DNA of 64,000 nucleotides, from assembly GCA_000002435.2 (NCBI GenBank), contig CM018789.1. One strand, 5' to 3'. Both the position numbers and the translations under genes were made by a program. Under the pieces are notes generated by a model. That model had not been told where the DNA came from and did not search any database. It was given only the letters and a program-made list of their open reading frames with translations. Of this stretch, positions 51,839-62,620 are shown in pieces; the stretch's first letter is position 1; each line of letters opens with the position of its first letter. This DNA is from Giardia intestinalis. Lineage: Eukaryota.

Positions 51839-53167
51839 ATGATTGATGTTTTTGTAGATGTTCTTGGCAAACTAGCTGCAGACGGAATCTACAACAAAGC
51901 CATCGATCCAGCTATTGCATTTTCAACGTTCTATACCATATTAACAGATCAACAATTAGTCGGGAACATCCTTTCTCTTTATTTCCACAAACACCCCCAG
52001 CACCCCACAAAAACAGCCATTTTCTGTCTTTGTGAAGAACTATTCGGTGAGAAGGTCGCCACCAACCTAGTTAAAAGCTGGCCTATAGCGTCTTCTAAGG
52101 TCGCGGACCTGGCTGAGCGTCTTCACGCCAGGATCTGTGTAGGCAATACACCTATTTTAAACACAAACACACAGCCAAATGCACGGCAAGGAGCACTCCT
52201 CTGGCGCACTGACGAGTCTCCTACCTTGAGCCATCTTAAACGGCAGCTTGATGAATTGTTAGAATGTTGTAACAGCCCCAAAGATGCTGCACAACAGGTC
52301 TCCTTTCAATCAATCTTGCCAGTAATCAAAGACATGGCAGAGACAATTGCTAGACTATCCACGGAATGGCATGAACAGAGTAGAGCCGCTCTAACGGAAA
52401 AAGACGCTCAAATCAAAGACCTGAAGCATCGCATCTGCGAGTTGGAGGCAGGCCTATCGGACATGTGCGTTAAGATAGAAGTCTATATGGGACAGATGGA
52501 GGCATATTCTCATGAAATGGCCGCCAAGAATGAGCAAATTCTCATCCTGCATCAACAGCTAAAGGAGGTACGGACCGAGTCTAGTGATCGCGAGCTAAAT
52601 GCACTGAAGGAGCTACTGAACGAGAAGGATTGTCTGATAACAAACATTCGCGCAGATCTAACGGAATCCACGACCACTGCTGATCGCCTGGCGCACGAGT
52701 GTATACACCTGAATCAAAGAAGCGAGGAATTATCTCTTTACAAATCTCTGGTTGCTAATACAATAGATGCCTTGAAAACCCTATCAGAAAGAGATGCAGA
52801 ACTATCATACTCACCTCCGGCGGACGATACCTATCTGAGGCTTCCGGAATACGTTGCGTTTGTTATAGATGTAATCCGGACAAAAGCCCACTGGCTTGTG
52901 ACAGAAGAACCTGGCCAGAGTCTCCCCCTTCCATCGCAAGATACAAGCCCGTTGCTTCACTCCGTTCGTGGGGGATCAGTGGCGCCCTCGGTAGTTGAGT
53001 CTACAACAGCGGCAAATAATTCTTCTCTAGCACCAGATAGCAGCCACCTCAACCCACCCTATTCCTACCGTTCAGCTAGCAATTCCAGCAGCAGTATACT
53101 AGGAAGATTGGCAATGATTGGAAGAGATAAGGATGACGTCAGATCTCATCCACGAGGAGCTCAATAG
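51839..53167 (+). CDS. hypothetical coiled-coil protein (442 aa)
   Basis: ATG at 51839 follows an AT-rich leader 'aataaattaaatttaccctgaatttATG'. The central region is heptad-rich (…KDAQIKDLKHRICELEAGLSDMCVKIEVYMGQMEAYSHEMAAKNEQILILHQQLKEV…). Confidence 0.5.
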   Translation: MIDVFVDVLGKLAADGIYNKAIDPAIAFSTFYTILTDQQLVGNILSLYFHKHPQHPTKTAIFCLCEELFGEKVATNLVKSWPIASSKVADLAERLHARICVGNTPILNTNTQPNARQGALLWRTDESPTLSHLKRQLDELLECCNSPKDAAQQVSFQSILPVIKDMAETIARLSTEWHEQSRAALTEKDAQIKDLKHRICELEAGLSDMCVKIEVYMGQMEAYSHEMAAKNEQILILHQQLKEVRTESSDRELNALKELLNEKDCLITNIRADLTESTTTADRLAHECIHLNQRSEELSLYKSLVANTIDALKTLSERDAELSYSPPADDTYLRLPEYVAFVIDVIRTKAHWLVTEEPGQSLPLPSQDTSPLLHSVRGGSVAPSVVESTTAANNSSLAPDSSHLNPPYSYRSASNSSSSILGRLAMIGRDKDDVRSHPRGAQ

Positions 53168-56100
53168 TACAAGCAGACCTAGGAAGCAATCTACGAGTGT
53201 CATCTATATTGCAGTCCCTGCTTTTCACAATAATAACCAAATCCTCTAGAGTTGATGGGCATCCAAGCTTATTAAACTGCCCAACCGTCATAAACTTCAC
53301 GGGAATACGCGCCATAACTTGGGAAACGAACGGCTTCATTGTTGTCACTAAATAACTCAGGTTCCTCTTCGCTTCCGAGGCGAACTTCAACGCTATCTTA
53401 GACGGCTTTTTATCAGCATAATCCTTCTCTGTCGTTTCCTTTATAAGTTCTAAGTATTTCCACGTTCCACCGACCAAGCGGCCTGTAGATGTTTGCTTCC
53501 TCTCACTCACATCTGCCTTAATGATCTTCTCATTCAGTTTCTCAAGAAGGACTTTACCGAAGTTCGGATCTATAAGGGACAGAATAACATGGAAAACTTT
53601 GATAAGAAAATGCTCTTTAGGTCCAATTCCATCGAAGACATCTGTTATACAGGCCAAGTTAGCCCCTAGTTGCTCACACATTCGCAAAATCTCATATGAT
53701 AATTCGCTATAGTGAACCACAAAGAAATTTGGACTGTCTGCCAATATCCATAAGGATGGTGGGACAGAGTCTGGCACCGAGGACGCTTCACATCCGGCCA
53801 TACACTCGTCGAAGGCCGCTCTCAGTGGAGCAGTCAGAGTAAGCTTATTGAAGATATCTTTACCAGGCCTGAAAATACTCTTCATGGCGCATTGACAAAT
53901 TATCTTTGAAAGATCTGCAATCCCATGTTCTTGGAGGCGGATTCGTAGATAGCGTTCCTCTGAATAGATCGAGCACACGGACCTGTTCATCTCCAGGCCC
54001 TTCAATTCAGACTCACTGTAGACCTTGCTGCCAGAAGAGACAAAGGAAATGGATGCTCCGCTGCCAGATGGAGCATTAGAAATAAAGAAGTGTCCACTGG
54101 ACTGGAGCATAGAGATAATATCTTTGTTACTTGAGCACAGCCTGTCTAAAATAGCATTTCTAAACTGGAAGAGATCCAGACCCTTGTCTTCTTGGGCAAG
54201 GTGAACAAGACGCTTGAAGAATATATTGTGAAAGTCAGTGAGAGGGGCCACCAACTGCCTCGTATCTTTGAGGTTATTTTGCACCTTATCTCTCCCATGA
54301 TAAATTGCCTCTTGAATTCTACAAAATTTGCACTTATCCAAGTTATAGTAAGATCTGCCGTTGCAGACCATTTCTAAAGAGCCTGTATCGGGAACAAAGT
54401 CGCCGAACAAGGAATGTGAGGCTGCATGTTCAACTGAAGAGGCAAAGACGGTCACTTCGTTGATTCTAGAAGAGAGCAAATCTGAGTCTTCGTCAGTCAT
54501 GAGTGCTATTAGCGCAGAGTCTGTCAAGTAAAAAACAGAATGGGCATCGGTGAAGATGAGGGATCCGTCCTTCTCTCTTGTAAAGAGAAGCGCCAGCCCA
54601 TACCTGCTTGGTGAGCAAATGCCCTGCAGCTTTGCCAAATCCAGTGGTGACTGTATAAGAGCTGAAGCTACGGAATCTGTGTGCAGATCCCCGACCTGAA
54701 GAAGGAATATCCCCGTAGAGATACAAGAGACTTTAGCAATACGTTTCAACGATGATCTGATGTCCGGTATCATTAGATAGTTGCGAATGGCCTGAGTAAT
54801 ATACCATTCTGGACTATTTCTATAAACGCCTCCTATGTAGCTGCGTTTAATCATTGAGTTTCTTGTCTTCAGTGCCGAATGGGCCGGAAGCCTGTACGCC
54901 TCCATCACTGATGCCATATCCTTATACGTCTGAGAGGAGTATGAACATATATCCTGAAGCGTGCGATATAAGATATCGTACTTGCTCTCAAATAAGGTAG
55001 TTTGCTTGGAATATTCGCTTTCAGGCCACAGTGCGTCGACACTCGCCGGATTCTCCTCTAAGAACTTCCGAAATATCTCAGTAAGGAGGCTGGCTTTCTC
55101 AGTGACCACTTCAAGGACGGTTTGATCCACCGACGTGTCAGCTTTCGCCTTGGCAGCACTCTTAGCACTCTCAGGAGGATCAGACTGAAAACAAGCATCC
55201 ACAGGACACGCTGTGAACATTAAAGTAGCCTCCTTCGGAGCCTTCTGAGATACAATATTGGTAGTAAATTGCAAGTTCTGGACGGGCTGCTCTAGCAACT
55301 GCGTAGTGACAGATATGTGGCGTTCAGTGCGGCGATAATACATAGCGTCTATCTCTGTGATGGTTGATAAGAAGAAAGATGACACGACCGAGTGAATATA
55401 ATCTGTCTTGCTCTTATCCTTCACGGAAATGATATCGTCCAACGTTTTACGTAAGAGTGTCATAAAATCCTCCGTTTCTGTTTGCAGACCAAACGCATTG
55501 CATACTATCTGCAGCACATCATCGTGGTTAAGAAACATATATGTCTCTCGGTATATCTCATGATCTTCTGGGCCAACAGAGGGAATATAGACTGAGGTTG
55601 CCCGTAGAAGGAACACAACATACTCAAGACCGGTGAGAAAGAGATACATGACATCCGAATGCATGTAGTAATAGTGTTCCGAAAACATGTCAATAGGAGA
55701 CCTAACAGAGCCAGCGTTACACCCATTTGCAATGGCCAGAGAAAGAGATCGATAGACCGGGTCACTAAGCGTTAAGTTGTGCATGCCGAGAGCCGCCAAA
55801 AACCCTGCCTCAATCCTGGTATGTTGAACAGTCAAGTTAACGAACTTGGAGAAAAAGTCCATGAAGTATTGCTCGTCCCCTTCCAGAAGTTTAGATGCCA
55901 ATTCCTGAGCAGAACTGGAAAGCACAAGCTCATCATCTGTATCGCCCATGGGCTCCAAATCCACATCGTCAATGCTGTCAATTTGGCCATGGAAGAACAC
56001 CGTCATAAAGCAAAGGTCCAACAACTTTTGGCTTGTAGCCATTATTGTTTGACAGTACTTTCTTGTAATATCCGTATAAATTGTCGAATACGAATTGGGA

Positions 56101-57254
56101 TCTTGTCTCCATCCATAGAGCGATGCATACTCGTGGAAAAGAGACGGGAACTCCATTAGATACTCAATGATTGCTATGATAATGCTTCGGCTGACATCTA
56201 TATCCCTCCTATCTAGGACAGCAACTACCTTTTCAATCAAATCGAATACGAGGCAGCCAAACGTCTTGTTGGAGGTATTCCGCCGTCTATGCATCCCATC
56301 CACAGCAGAACACTGATAGGAATAGGGCTCAAACGTAAAGCTACTCTTGTACTTCAAGAAGAGGTCACTTAGACCACTGCTGAGGATCAGGCTAGGAACC
56401 ATAATGGGTTCTAGTCCAGCAGACTCTGTGATATCAGAAATATTAATAAAGGGATACTCCTTCTTCCCATTATTATTATCACAAACGAAGAACAAGGGAA
56501 AGTCTGTCACGGGTTTGGCCGTCATGCTGTACCTAGTCACTGCCAGAATAGGAAAAAGTATAATGGAAAGAAGCTCAATACTGACAAGCTGGTGGAATTT
56601 CTGTGGTCCGATGGTAGCCGGATTATCATCTAACTCCCTCAAACTCATGTTAGTTCCTTTATCTTCATTCTGTTGGAGGATCCTTTCACGCAGAGTATTA
56701 GTCAGAATTGGGCCGCTAAGGTTATTGTCTACCATCCAGCGAGCCATATAGTAGTAGATGGATCTCAAAACTGTTCTGTCTCCCATCACATCAAAGAGTA
56801 GAACGGAAGCCTCTGTAATGCCTATGTATGTGGCTGGCATAATAGGGCAACCAGAATTAGTAACTCCCTGACCCTTAGGGTTGAGTTTCCCGGGCTCCTT
56901 ATCATCTAGGTTGAATGTCGGGATGCCACACTCTGCAAAGTACATCTTTTGAAGAAGCCCTTGTCCCTCAAGAAGATGTTGCTCTCCCTTAGAGGACTGG
57001 TCATAGTCACAGAAGATGTCGAGGATGTAAAGAAGATTTAAAACCATATCCATATTATAGGACGGGGGAGAAAGCAGGAGCTGAAGCATCATAATTATGG
57101 TGCAGTACTGGTCTTGGTTCTCAGGAGAAACCGGTCCTTGCGGCACGGAATTACAAAGGTTGACTAACTCCGAAAACCAAGTACTGCGCATTTTAAATCG
57201 TGTAATGAAAGGCTCAGTTTTTATGGATCCAATTTTACTTGGCAGGAGCCACAT
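53139..57254 (-). CDS. large hypothetical protein (1371 aa), no recognisable domain
   Basis: ATG verified at 57252-57254 on the complement strand. It is a 4.1-kb uninterrupted ORF whose 3' end overlaps the convergent upstream gene by 29 nt. Confidence 0.55.
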   Translation of the reverse strand: MWLLPSKIGSIKTEPFITRFKMRSTWFSELVNLCNSVPQGPVSPENQDQYCTIIMMLQLLLSPPSYNMDMVLNLLYILDIFCDYDQSSKGEQHLLEGQGLLQKMYFAECGIPTFNLDDKEPGKLNPKGQGVTNSGCPIMPATYIGITEASVLLFDVMGDRTVLRSIYYYMARWMVDNNLSGPILTNTLRERILQQNEDKGTNMSLRELDDNPATIGPQKFHQLVSIELLSIILFPILAVTRYSMTAKPVTDFPLFFVCDNNNGKKEYPFINISDITESAGLEPIMVPSLILSSGLSDLFLKYKSSFTFEPYSYQCSAVDGMHRRRNTSNKTFGCLVFDLIEKVVAVLDRRDIDVSRSIIIAIIEYLMEFPSLFHEYASLYGWRQDPNSYSTIYTDITRKYCQTIMATSQKLLDLCFMTVFFHGQIDSIDDVDLEPMGDTDDELVLSSSAQELASKLLEGDEQYFMDFFSKFVNLTVQHTRIEAGFLAALGMHNLTLSDPVYRSLSLAIANGCNAGSVRSPIDMFSEHYYYMHSDVMYLFLTGLEYVVFLLRATSVYIPSVGPEDHEIYRETYMFLNHDDVLQIVCNAFGLQTETEDFMTLLRKTLDDIISVKDKSKTDYIHSVVSSFFLSTITEIDAMYYRRTERHISVTTQLLEQPVQNLQFTTNIVSQKAPKEATLMFTACPVDACFQSDPPESAKSAAKAKADTSVDQTVLEVVTEKASLLTEIFRKFLEENPASVDALWPESEYSKQTTLFESKYDILYRTLQDICSYSSQTYKDMASVMEAYRLPAHSALKTRNSMIKRSYIGGVYRNSPEWYITQAIRNYLMIPDIRSSLKRIAKVSCISTGIFLLQVGDLHTDSVASALIQSPLDLAKLQGICSPSRYGLALLFTREKDGSLIFTDAHSVFYLTDSALIALMTDEDSDLLSSRINEVTVFASSVEHAASHSLFGDFVPDTGSLEMVCNGRSYYNLDKCKFCRIQEAIYHGRDKVQNNLKDTRQLVAPLTDFHNIFFKRLVHLAQEDKGLDLFQFRNAILDRLCSSNKDIISMLQSSGHFFISNAPSGSGASISFVSSGSKVYSESELKGLEMNRSVCSIYSEERYLRIRLQEHGIADLSKIICQCAMKSIFRPGKDIFNKLTLTAPLRAAFDECMAGCEASSVPDSVPPSLWILADSPNFFVVHYSELSYEILRMCEQLGANLACITDVFDGIGPKEHFLIKVFHVILSLIDPNFGKVLLEKLNEKIIKADVSERKQTSTGRLVGGTWKYLELIKETTEKDYADKKPSKIALKFASEAKRNLSYLVTTMKPFVSQVMARIPVKFMTVGQFNKLGCPSTLEDLVIIVKSRDCNIDDTRRLLPRSACTIELLVDEI

Positions 57255-57328
57255 TGCTTCTTAGGAATGCGTATCCCGGGTCTTTTACTTTCTACTCATT
57301 GCTGCCAGCCCCAAATATAAACTAAAAG

Positions 57329-58171
57329 ATGCTGTCTTTCTGGGTTTATCTTCTTTTGCTTTTTACAACCGTTCTGCTAGCGCGGATCTCTAGGCTAGCT
57401 AGTGAACGCAAATCCGCGCGTAGATCTCTGCTAACCGGTGATAGTGGGCTCTGCGTGATAACTGGGGGAGGCTCTGGCCTTGGCGAGGCCTTAGCACATG
57501 AGTATGCTGCTCTGGGGCATCCGCTGCTTCTGATAGGAAGAAAGCATGAAAATCTAGAGCGTGCTAAGCATGCACTAATTGAGAAGTTCGGAGAAAAGGC
57601 CTCCGTTACCGTTCTTGCCGCAGATCTAGAGGTAGAGTCAGAGTGCATAAAGGTGGTGGAGTATCTTCGCGACAAGAGCGTCTTCCACCTTGTTAATAAC
57701 GCTGGTGTCGGGCAGGTATCTGCCGATATAAGCGTAAGTGATGCCCGCTCTATCGCATCGATCAATTTGACTGCCCCTGCTGTGCTTTCTGCTGGCATCC
57801 ATGCAGGTCGTTACATATTCATTTCCTCTCCACAGGGCTTGCTTCCGATGCCGAACAGATGTGTGTACGCTGCATCAAAGGCTGGAATACACAACCTCGC
57901 CGAATCCATGCGGCTCGACGGAATGAATGTAACGACTGCTTACCCTGGCTGGATTGCAACCAGACTCCGGATGAACGCTCGTGGCAACGGCCTTCCCAAT
58001 CCTCAAGCACGGACTGCCCGCTCTGCAGAAGACGTAGCCAAGGAAATCGTCTCTGCCGCTCTGTCAGGCAAGCGCGCGTGCTGCTTGGATGCAAAGACAC
58101 GGATAGTGGCTATCCTTTACTCGGTATGGCCAGAAGCAGCAGAGTTCCTAATAAAGTGTGCTCTTAAGTAA
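57329..58171 (+). CDS. short-chain dehydrogenase/reductase (SDR) with N-terminal membrane anchor; candidate 3-ketoacyl-CoA / 3-ketosphinganine reductase type
   Basis: ATG at 57329. TM segment: 'FWVYLLLLFTTVLLARI'. Rossmann motif: 'CVITGGGSGLGEALA'. Also 'NNAGV' and the catalytic 'YAASKAG' (YxxxK). Confidence 0.7.
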   Translation: MLSFWVYLLLLFTTVLLARISRLASERKSARRSLLTGDSGLCVITGGGSGLGEALAHEYAALGHPLLLIGRKHENLERAKHALIEKFGEKASVTVLAADLEVESECIKVVEYLRDKSVFHLVNNAGVGQVSADISVSDARSIASINLTAPAVLSAGIHAGRYIFISSPQGLLPMPNRCVYAASKAGIHNLAESMRLDGMNVTTAYPGWIATRLRMNARGNGLPNPQARTARSAEDVAKEIVSAALSGKRACCLDAKTRIVAILYSVWPEAAEFLIKCALK

Positions 58172-58218
58172 AGCTAAAGTAAGTATAACTCCCCGGTATT
58201 TATGGCTCTAAAAATTGA

Positions 58219-60075
58219 ATGGAGGAAGAGCGCGAGTCTAGCATCTCACTCACTCCGGAGACGCGCAACAACGTCGAGGCATGTCACTATTACCTTCAAC
58301 AGATGTACCGCCGCCTGCAGCCACGACTTATTCAAGTGTTTGGCACAAGTGTCTCCATTGTTAACGAACATCTCAACGAGCTCAGAAAACTTCCAGCAGG
58401 TGCCCAACAGTCTGACTTGTGTATCCTATGCTCTAATCACAAGTGTGAGCTCATTGAAACAGGTGGTGACTGGATACAATGTGATCTTTGTAAGGAGTGG
58501 CTCCATCAACAGTGTGATGGTATCTACAACGCATTGCTAGCTGAAAAGATTCACTACACTTGCCCACGGTGTAGGGTAATCTTTTGTAGGCCACATCCAG
58601 GTATTCAGTATCCACAACTCCTACATGACCCTGCAGCACTACAGGTAACAGAAGTAGTGCTTGACAACAAAAGGAAGTTATCTCGAGACAAGAAGATGAT
58701 AGCTGGTAAGAAGTCGTCCTCTCGACGCCGGACAAAAGGCGAAGACAGCGAATCATCGGCCGAGAACGTTAAGGCCAGCACCATAGACGTTCCTCCTGTT
58801 GAGGAGATACATGTAGCCAGAAAAACAGACACGTTTGTATTTCAGATACCTGTCGCCGAGTATTATCCTCGTACGCAGCGAGACGGTCAGACCGGTGGGC
58901 GGCGCTCAAAACAAGGAAAAGAGACCAGCATGACGCCACAGGTAATAGATAGCTATGTCAATGCTGCATTCAACTCCTTGAGGATAGGCAACTCTACCCC
59001 ATACACTACTGTGCAGGATTTGTATCTTGCTGCGCAAGTAGCCGATCCGGATCTACCCTCCCTCCCCCTCGGTAAGCTCAAGAATACTCTCATAAGTGAC
59101 ACTGTGCATCCTGGCAACTTTGCGTCCCTTTTTCTAAACTGCTTCTATGAACTCACAAAGTCGGGACGTGCCGTTGTCCAGAGCCCAGACAGTACAAGGA
59201 GCGAAAACTCCAGACGGGAGGAACTGATCACCGGTCTTCTCGAGACCCTCCTCCCTGCAAATCAGATCTTTTACACGACCCTCTTCCCCATCCTCCCCAT
59301 GGACCACGACCTACGCATTAATGTAGCCATTTCCATCTTCGACAACTTACTACTAAGCCTAGAGCGGCAGAGGTTTCGTTATCTTCGGATGCTTATTCCA
59401 GTTGCGTTAAATTGTCTTCTTGTGTTCTACAAGACCACACTGCTTCCCGGTGAGGGTGAGCCAAAGTGGTCTTTTCCTGCAGACACAGATGCCATCATTG
59501 AAAGGGTTGTCGAAAGATTACAGCAGTGTGACCTGACAGACGTTGAGCTGTCGTTATCAAGCTACCTACCCTGGGAGAAACTGCTGTGTGAGCCGAATGA
59601 AATTGACATAAATAGTAATGAGGTACCAGATTTGCTGACCAAGCGTCAATGGTACGACTTGAAAATGAGGGGAGTATTGCCATTCAAGAACGTGGGAATT
59701 GTTCGTGCAGCTCTCCTGCATGCGATAGTCAACGCAAACTTAGGGATAATAGTTCTCGATAAGGCATTTGGACGTGAAGTGACGGATCACCTTATCCGTT
59801 TCGGCGTGAGCAGTGGCAGGGCTATGATTGTGTCTTACGCATCCAACTCTTCTTTTGATGCCATGCTGGAGACTGGCTGCGTATATGAAACCACAAGCTT
59901 TCGGCCTGCAAGCAATCTGGCCACCATTCAGGACGCACTCAAGGATGACGAGAGCATCATGGACTGGGATGTTCTAGAAACCCCAACGTCTGTAGTCTGG
60001 GCTCTCTCTTTTATTGGAGACGAGCTTCAAAGGTTAGAGGACGCCAAGGTAATTGAGCCATCAACCTTTGTCTGA
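58219..60075 (+). CDS. PHD-finger-containing protein (618 aa)
   Basis: ATG at 58219. 'CILCSNHKCELIETGGDWIQCDLCKEWLHQQCDGIYNALLAEKIHYTCPRC' fits the C4HC3 PHD pattern. Confidence 0.55.
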   Translation: MEEERESSISLTPETRNNVEACHYYLQQMYRRLQPRLIQVFGTSVSIVNEHLNELRKLPAGAQQSDLCILCSNHKCELIETGGDWIQCDLCKEWLHQQCDGIYNALLAEKIHYTCPRCRVIFCRPHPGIQYPQLLHDPAALQVTEVVLDNKRKLSRDKKMIAGKKSSSRRRTKGEDSESSAENVKASTIDVPPVEEIHVARKTDTFVFQIPVAEYYPRTQRDGQTGGRRSKQGKETSMTPQVIDSYVNAAFNSLRIGNSTPYTTVQDLYLAAQVADPDLPSLPLGKLKNTLISDTVHPGNFASLFLNCFYELTKSGRAVVQSPDSTRSENSRREELITGLLETLLPANQIFYTTLFPILPMDHDLRINVAISIFDNLLLSLERQRFRYLRMLIPVALNCLLVFYKTTLLPGEGEPKWSFPADTDAIIERVVERLQQCDLTDVELSLSSYLPWEKLLCEPNEIDINSNEVPDLLTKRQWYDLKMRGVLPFKNVGIVRAALLHAIVNANLGIIVLDKAFGREVTDHLIRFGVSSGRAMIVSYASNSSFDAMLETGCVYETTSFRPASNLATIQDALKDDESIMDWDVLETPTSVVWALSFIGDELQRLEDAKVIEPSTFV

Positions 60076-60090
60076 ATAGAATAAATTCCA

Positions 60091-60408
60091 ATGCTACGTG
60101 TACTGAGCGAGAATCGCTTTCCTTTGTCGTTGGTTGCCGGCGTGGTAGCGGGGTTTTATTCGTATTTACGGAAAGACCCTAGAGTCATTGTGACTAGTCC
60201 TCCAAGGAGCTGGAAGGGGGAGATTAGCTCTCCTCTAAGTTCCCATGAAGCCAGGCTGGTCCTAAACACATCACGTTTTAGTACCGATGCAGAGGTCACC
60301 AAAAACTATCGTTCACTTTTGGCCAAGGCGCACCCAGACCGTGGAGGGTCTAAGTACATAGCAGCCATTATAGGGGAGGCGCACGAGAAGCTCAGGAACA
60401 GATGCTAG
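60091..60408 (+). CDS. PAM18: J-domain protein, Pam18/TIM14-like (mitosomal import motor subunit)
   Basis: ATG at 60091, 15 nt after the upstream stop. A short hydrophobic N-terminal segment 'LSLVAGVVAGFYSYL' is followed by a J-domain with HPD: 'EARLVLNTSRFSTDAEVTKNYRSLLAKAHPDRGGSKYIAAIIGEAHEKL'. Size and layout match Pam18/DNAJC19. Confidence 0.55.
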   Translation: MLRVLSENRFPLSLVAGVVAGFYSYLRKDPRVIVTSPPRSWKGEISSPLSSHEARLVLNTSRFSTDAEVTKNYRSLLAKAHPDRGGSKYIAAIIGEAHEKLRNRC

Positions 60409-60859
60409 ACCTCAGGGTATCGAACACACGTACGCGTTTTCTACGAGGATGGGATGGCACAGCATCCTCGGAAGGCCTAGACATGTCCACGTGTTGTGTC
60501 GTAGATGCGCAATGCGAGTCAGGCTCTATGTGTGGTTCGGGCAACCTTTGTACATCCGTTTGGGACTTCTCTTCAGAGGTCTTTGGCACGTGCATGTACG
60601 GCCCTTTTCTAGCTACTTGGACTCGAAGGTACGTTCCATTCCAGTAGCATTTATTGTACGCTAGGACCTTGGCCAATTGGTCCTCGTCACAGACACAGTC
60701 CAAAAAAGCAAATACAGGAGCCTTCTCTATGTCATTGAAGACCCTGACGTGCTTTCTGTTTAGTTCCACGCTTTTGATCTGTACCCGCCGACTAAATAGC
60801 TCCCGCAGGCTTTCCTCTGTTGTGTTCTTTGAAAGTCCACCCACGTACACGACCACCAT
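60392..60859 (-). CDS. RRM-type RNA-binding domain protein
   Basis: ATG verified at 60857-60859 on the complement strand. RNP2-like 'VYVGGL' and RNP1-like 'KAPVFAFLDC' are present. The 3' end overlaps the Pam18-like gene by 17 nt. Confidence 0.45.
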   Translation of the reverse strand: MVVVYVGGLSKNTTEESLRELFSRRVQIKSVELNRKHVRVFNDIEKAPVFAFLDCVCDEDQLAKVLAYNKCYWNGTYLRVQVARKGPYMHVPKTSEEKSQTDVQRLPEPHIEPDSHCASTTQHVDMSRPSEDAVPSHPRRKRVRVFDTLRSSICS

Positions 60860-60961
60860 TCACTCCCCACTGTAAACCACCGCTACAAGGGGCCTAATCG
60901 CTATAACTTTTAAATTGTAAAAGTATGGTTTTAAGGATTTGTGGCAAGAATAATAAGAACC

Positions 60962-62533
60962 ATGGATGGTCAAGCCAAGAGGGAGCAGAGGATCCGGACA
61001 GAAGCAGAGGCTACCTTAGCGGAGCATCTAGCGAGACTGGATGCATCACCAGATTCATTGGAAAGTGTCATGGAGCAGCTGGAAGACCTGGAGCGAGGGG
61101 CCAGGCTGACGTCCGACGCTGTAGCAACTCCAATTTACGCAGCTGGGCTTCTTCAAGCTCTTCTGGAGGTGGGAAAGGTCGAGGACGCTATCAACCTCTT
61201 TGGGAACCTGATCAGACGGCGCTCCCAGACCAACGAGGCCATCGTCCGATGTGGGACCGTGTTGGAGGAGTACCTACAAAAGAACTACGACGACCAATCT
61301 GACTATTCTACGCTAGAGCCATTACTACAAAAGTTTACTGGGATCATCGGGCATTTGATTGTTGTTGAGGCCATAAATGTGAGACAATCGATCAGGTTAC
61401 TTCGCATGTACCGTAGAGCAGGAGAGCGTAACGGTGCGCTAAAGATAGCTGAGACTCTGTCAGCGGATGTCGCCGCTACTCTTGCATACATTGAGAGAAT
61501 AGAGTACACCCTTGAGCAGCTAGATGTTGCTCTTTACTTTAGAGAGCTTGTACTGGCCGAGATAATTGTGAATCGCATTAAGGAAAAGACACTGAAGGCT
61601 ACAACAGCAGCGGTGTACCGTAAAGGTGATTTGGACCTGGGAGTTCGTCTTAGTCTTGCTCAGCGACGATACTACATAGCGAGATACCTTATTGCACTCG
61701 GAGACAAGCGAATGGATGCACTCTGCGAGGCGGCATGGGCAGCTGCATCAACGTATCTAGCGGTGCTAGACAGACCCGAGTTAAACAAGGATTCCCAGCT
61801 CTCAAATGATGACCTCATGAAATGCTCTACACTCCTTTCGACTGCCGCTATTGCAGGTCTTCTTGCTGGGTTCTCTAAGGTCTCCGGTGTCGTGAAGCAA
61901 ATGAGGGCTTCGACCCTCTATGCCGAGAATATCTTTTACTGCACGCGGGCTCACAGGTGTGTTTCCTCCCTCATACATCCATTTGCAAAGTCTATCTTCA
62001 GGTCTCCCCTGCATCCCTGGCAGAAGATTGAGGAAGACTTTAAGGAAGGCCGGGTCTGTCCTGCCACGGCATATATTCCGCTTCCTCAAGACCTAGCCTA
62101 TGATGCTAGTAATCTAAAGCAGGACACCTACACAGCAAAGATAGAGTTATTTTCGCCATCATTGTTTTCCAGTGTCTACGAAAGCGTTTGTTCTGATTAT
62201 GAGGCTATGACAGATACCGAAATAGAACTCACATGGGGGCTATGCAAGTCCTCTTACATAGAGGAGTTTGTGGCTCAGATAATGCGCTTTTATAACAACA
62301 CAACGATTGATAACCTTGCACAATTGGTTGGCTGCGATCCCATAGACGTTGAGCTTGCTCTGGTTAACTATGATGGGTACTTGGCCATTGACCGTCCACA
62401 GAGGACCATCCAAATGAGCAAGCCCCTTTCTAACAACGAACAGCTCTCCCAATGGCTTGAACATACCCGCAAAGCTGTCATAAACATAGCGAAGATCTCA
62501 CAGCTGCTTGAGATGGACATTCGTCTCAGTTAA
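60962..62533 (+). CDS. PCI-domain protein, probable 26S proteasome lid (Rpn) / PCI-complex subunit
   Basis: The ORF-track start at 60941 is GTG; the first ATG is at 60962 (MDGQAKREQ…). Helical TPR-like repeats are followed by a C-terminal winged-helix-like segment typical of PCI: 'IDNLAQLVGCDPIDVELALVNYDGYLAIDRPQRTIQM'. Confidence 0.45.
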   Translation: MDGQAKREQRIRTEAEATLAEHLARLDASPDSLESVMEQLEDLERGARLTSDAVATPIYAAGLLQALLEVGKVEDAINLFGNLIRRRSQTNEAIVRCGTVLEEYLQKNYDDQSDYSTLEPLLQKFTGIIGHLIVVEAINVRQSIRLLRMYRRAGERNGALKIAETLSADVAATLAYIERIEYTLEQLDVALYFRELVLAEIIVNRIKEKTLKATTAAVYRKGDLDLGVRLSLAQRRYYIARYLIALGDKRMDALCEAAWAAASTYLAVLDRPELNKDSQLSNDDLMKCSTLLSTAAIAGLLAGFSKVSGVVKQMRASTLYAENIFYCTRAHRCVSSLIHPFAKSIFRSPLHPWQKIEEDFKEGRVCPATAYIPLPQDLAYDASNLKQDTYTAKIELFSPSLFSSVYESVCSDYEAMTDTEIELTWGLCKSSYIEEFVAQIMRFYNNTTIDNLAQLVGCDPIDVELALVNYDGYLAIDRPQRTIQMSKPLSNNEQLSQWLEHTRKAVINIAKISQLLEMDIRLS

Positions 62534-62620
62534 CCTTTAATTATAAATTGGTCAACAAAATAATTATAAAGACGATTGTAAATGATACTAACTATTTTAG
62601 CTGTTGATCTTATTAAAATA

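Noticed and set aside
1007-60941. Start coordinates given in the ORF track for several genes (1007, 3244, 9878, 19051, 47868, 60941)
   Set aside because: Those positions are GTG or TTG codons rendered as M. For a eukaryote I moved the starts to the first in-frame ATG (1019, 3256, about 9902, 19090, 47847, 60962).
60925-61302. 125-aa ORF starting with ATG at 60925 in a different frame from the PCI-domain gene
   Set aside because: It overlaps the longer 524-aa frame, which has coherent helical-repeat and PCI features. The short frame is Gly/Arg/Ser-rich.
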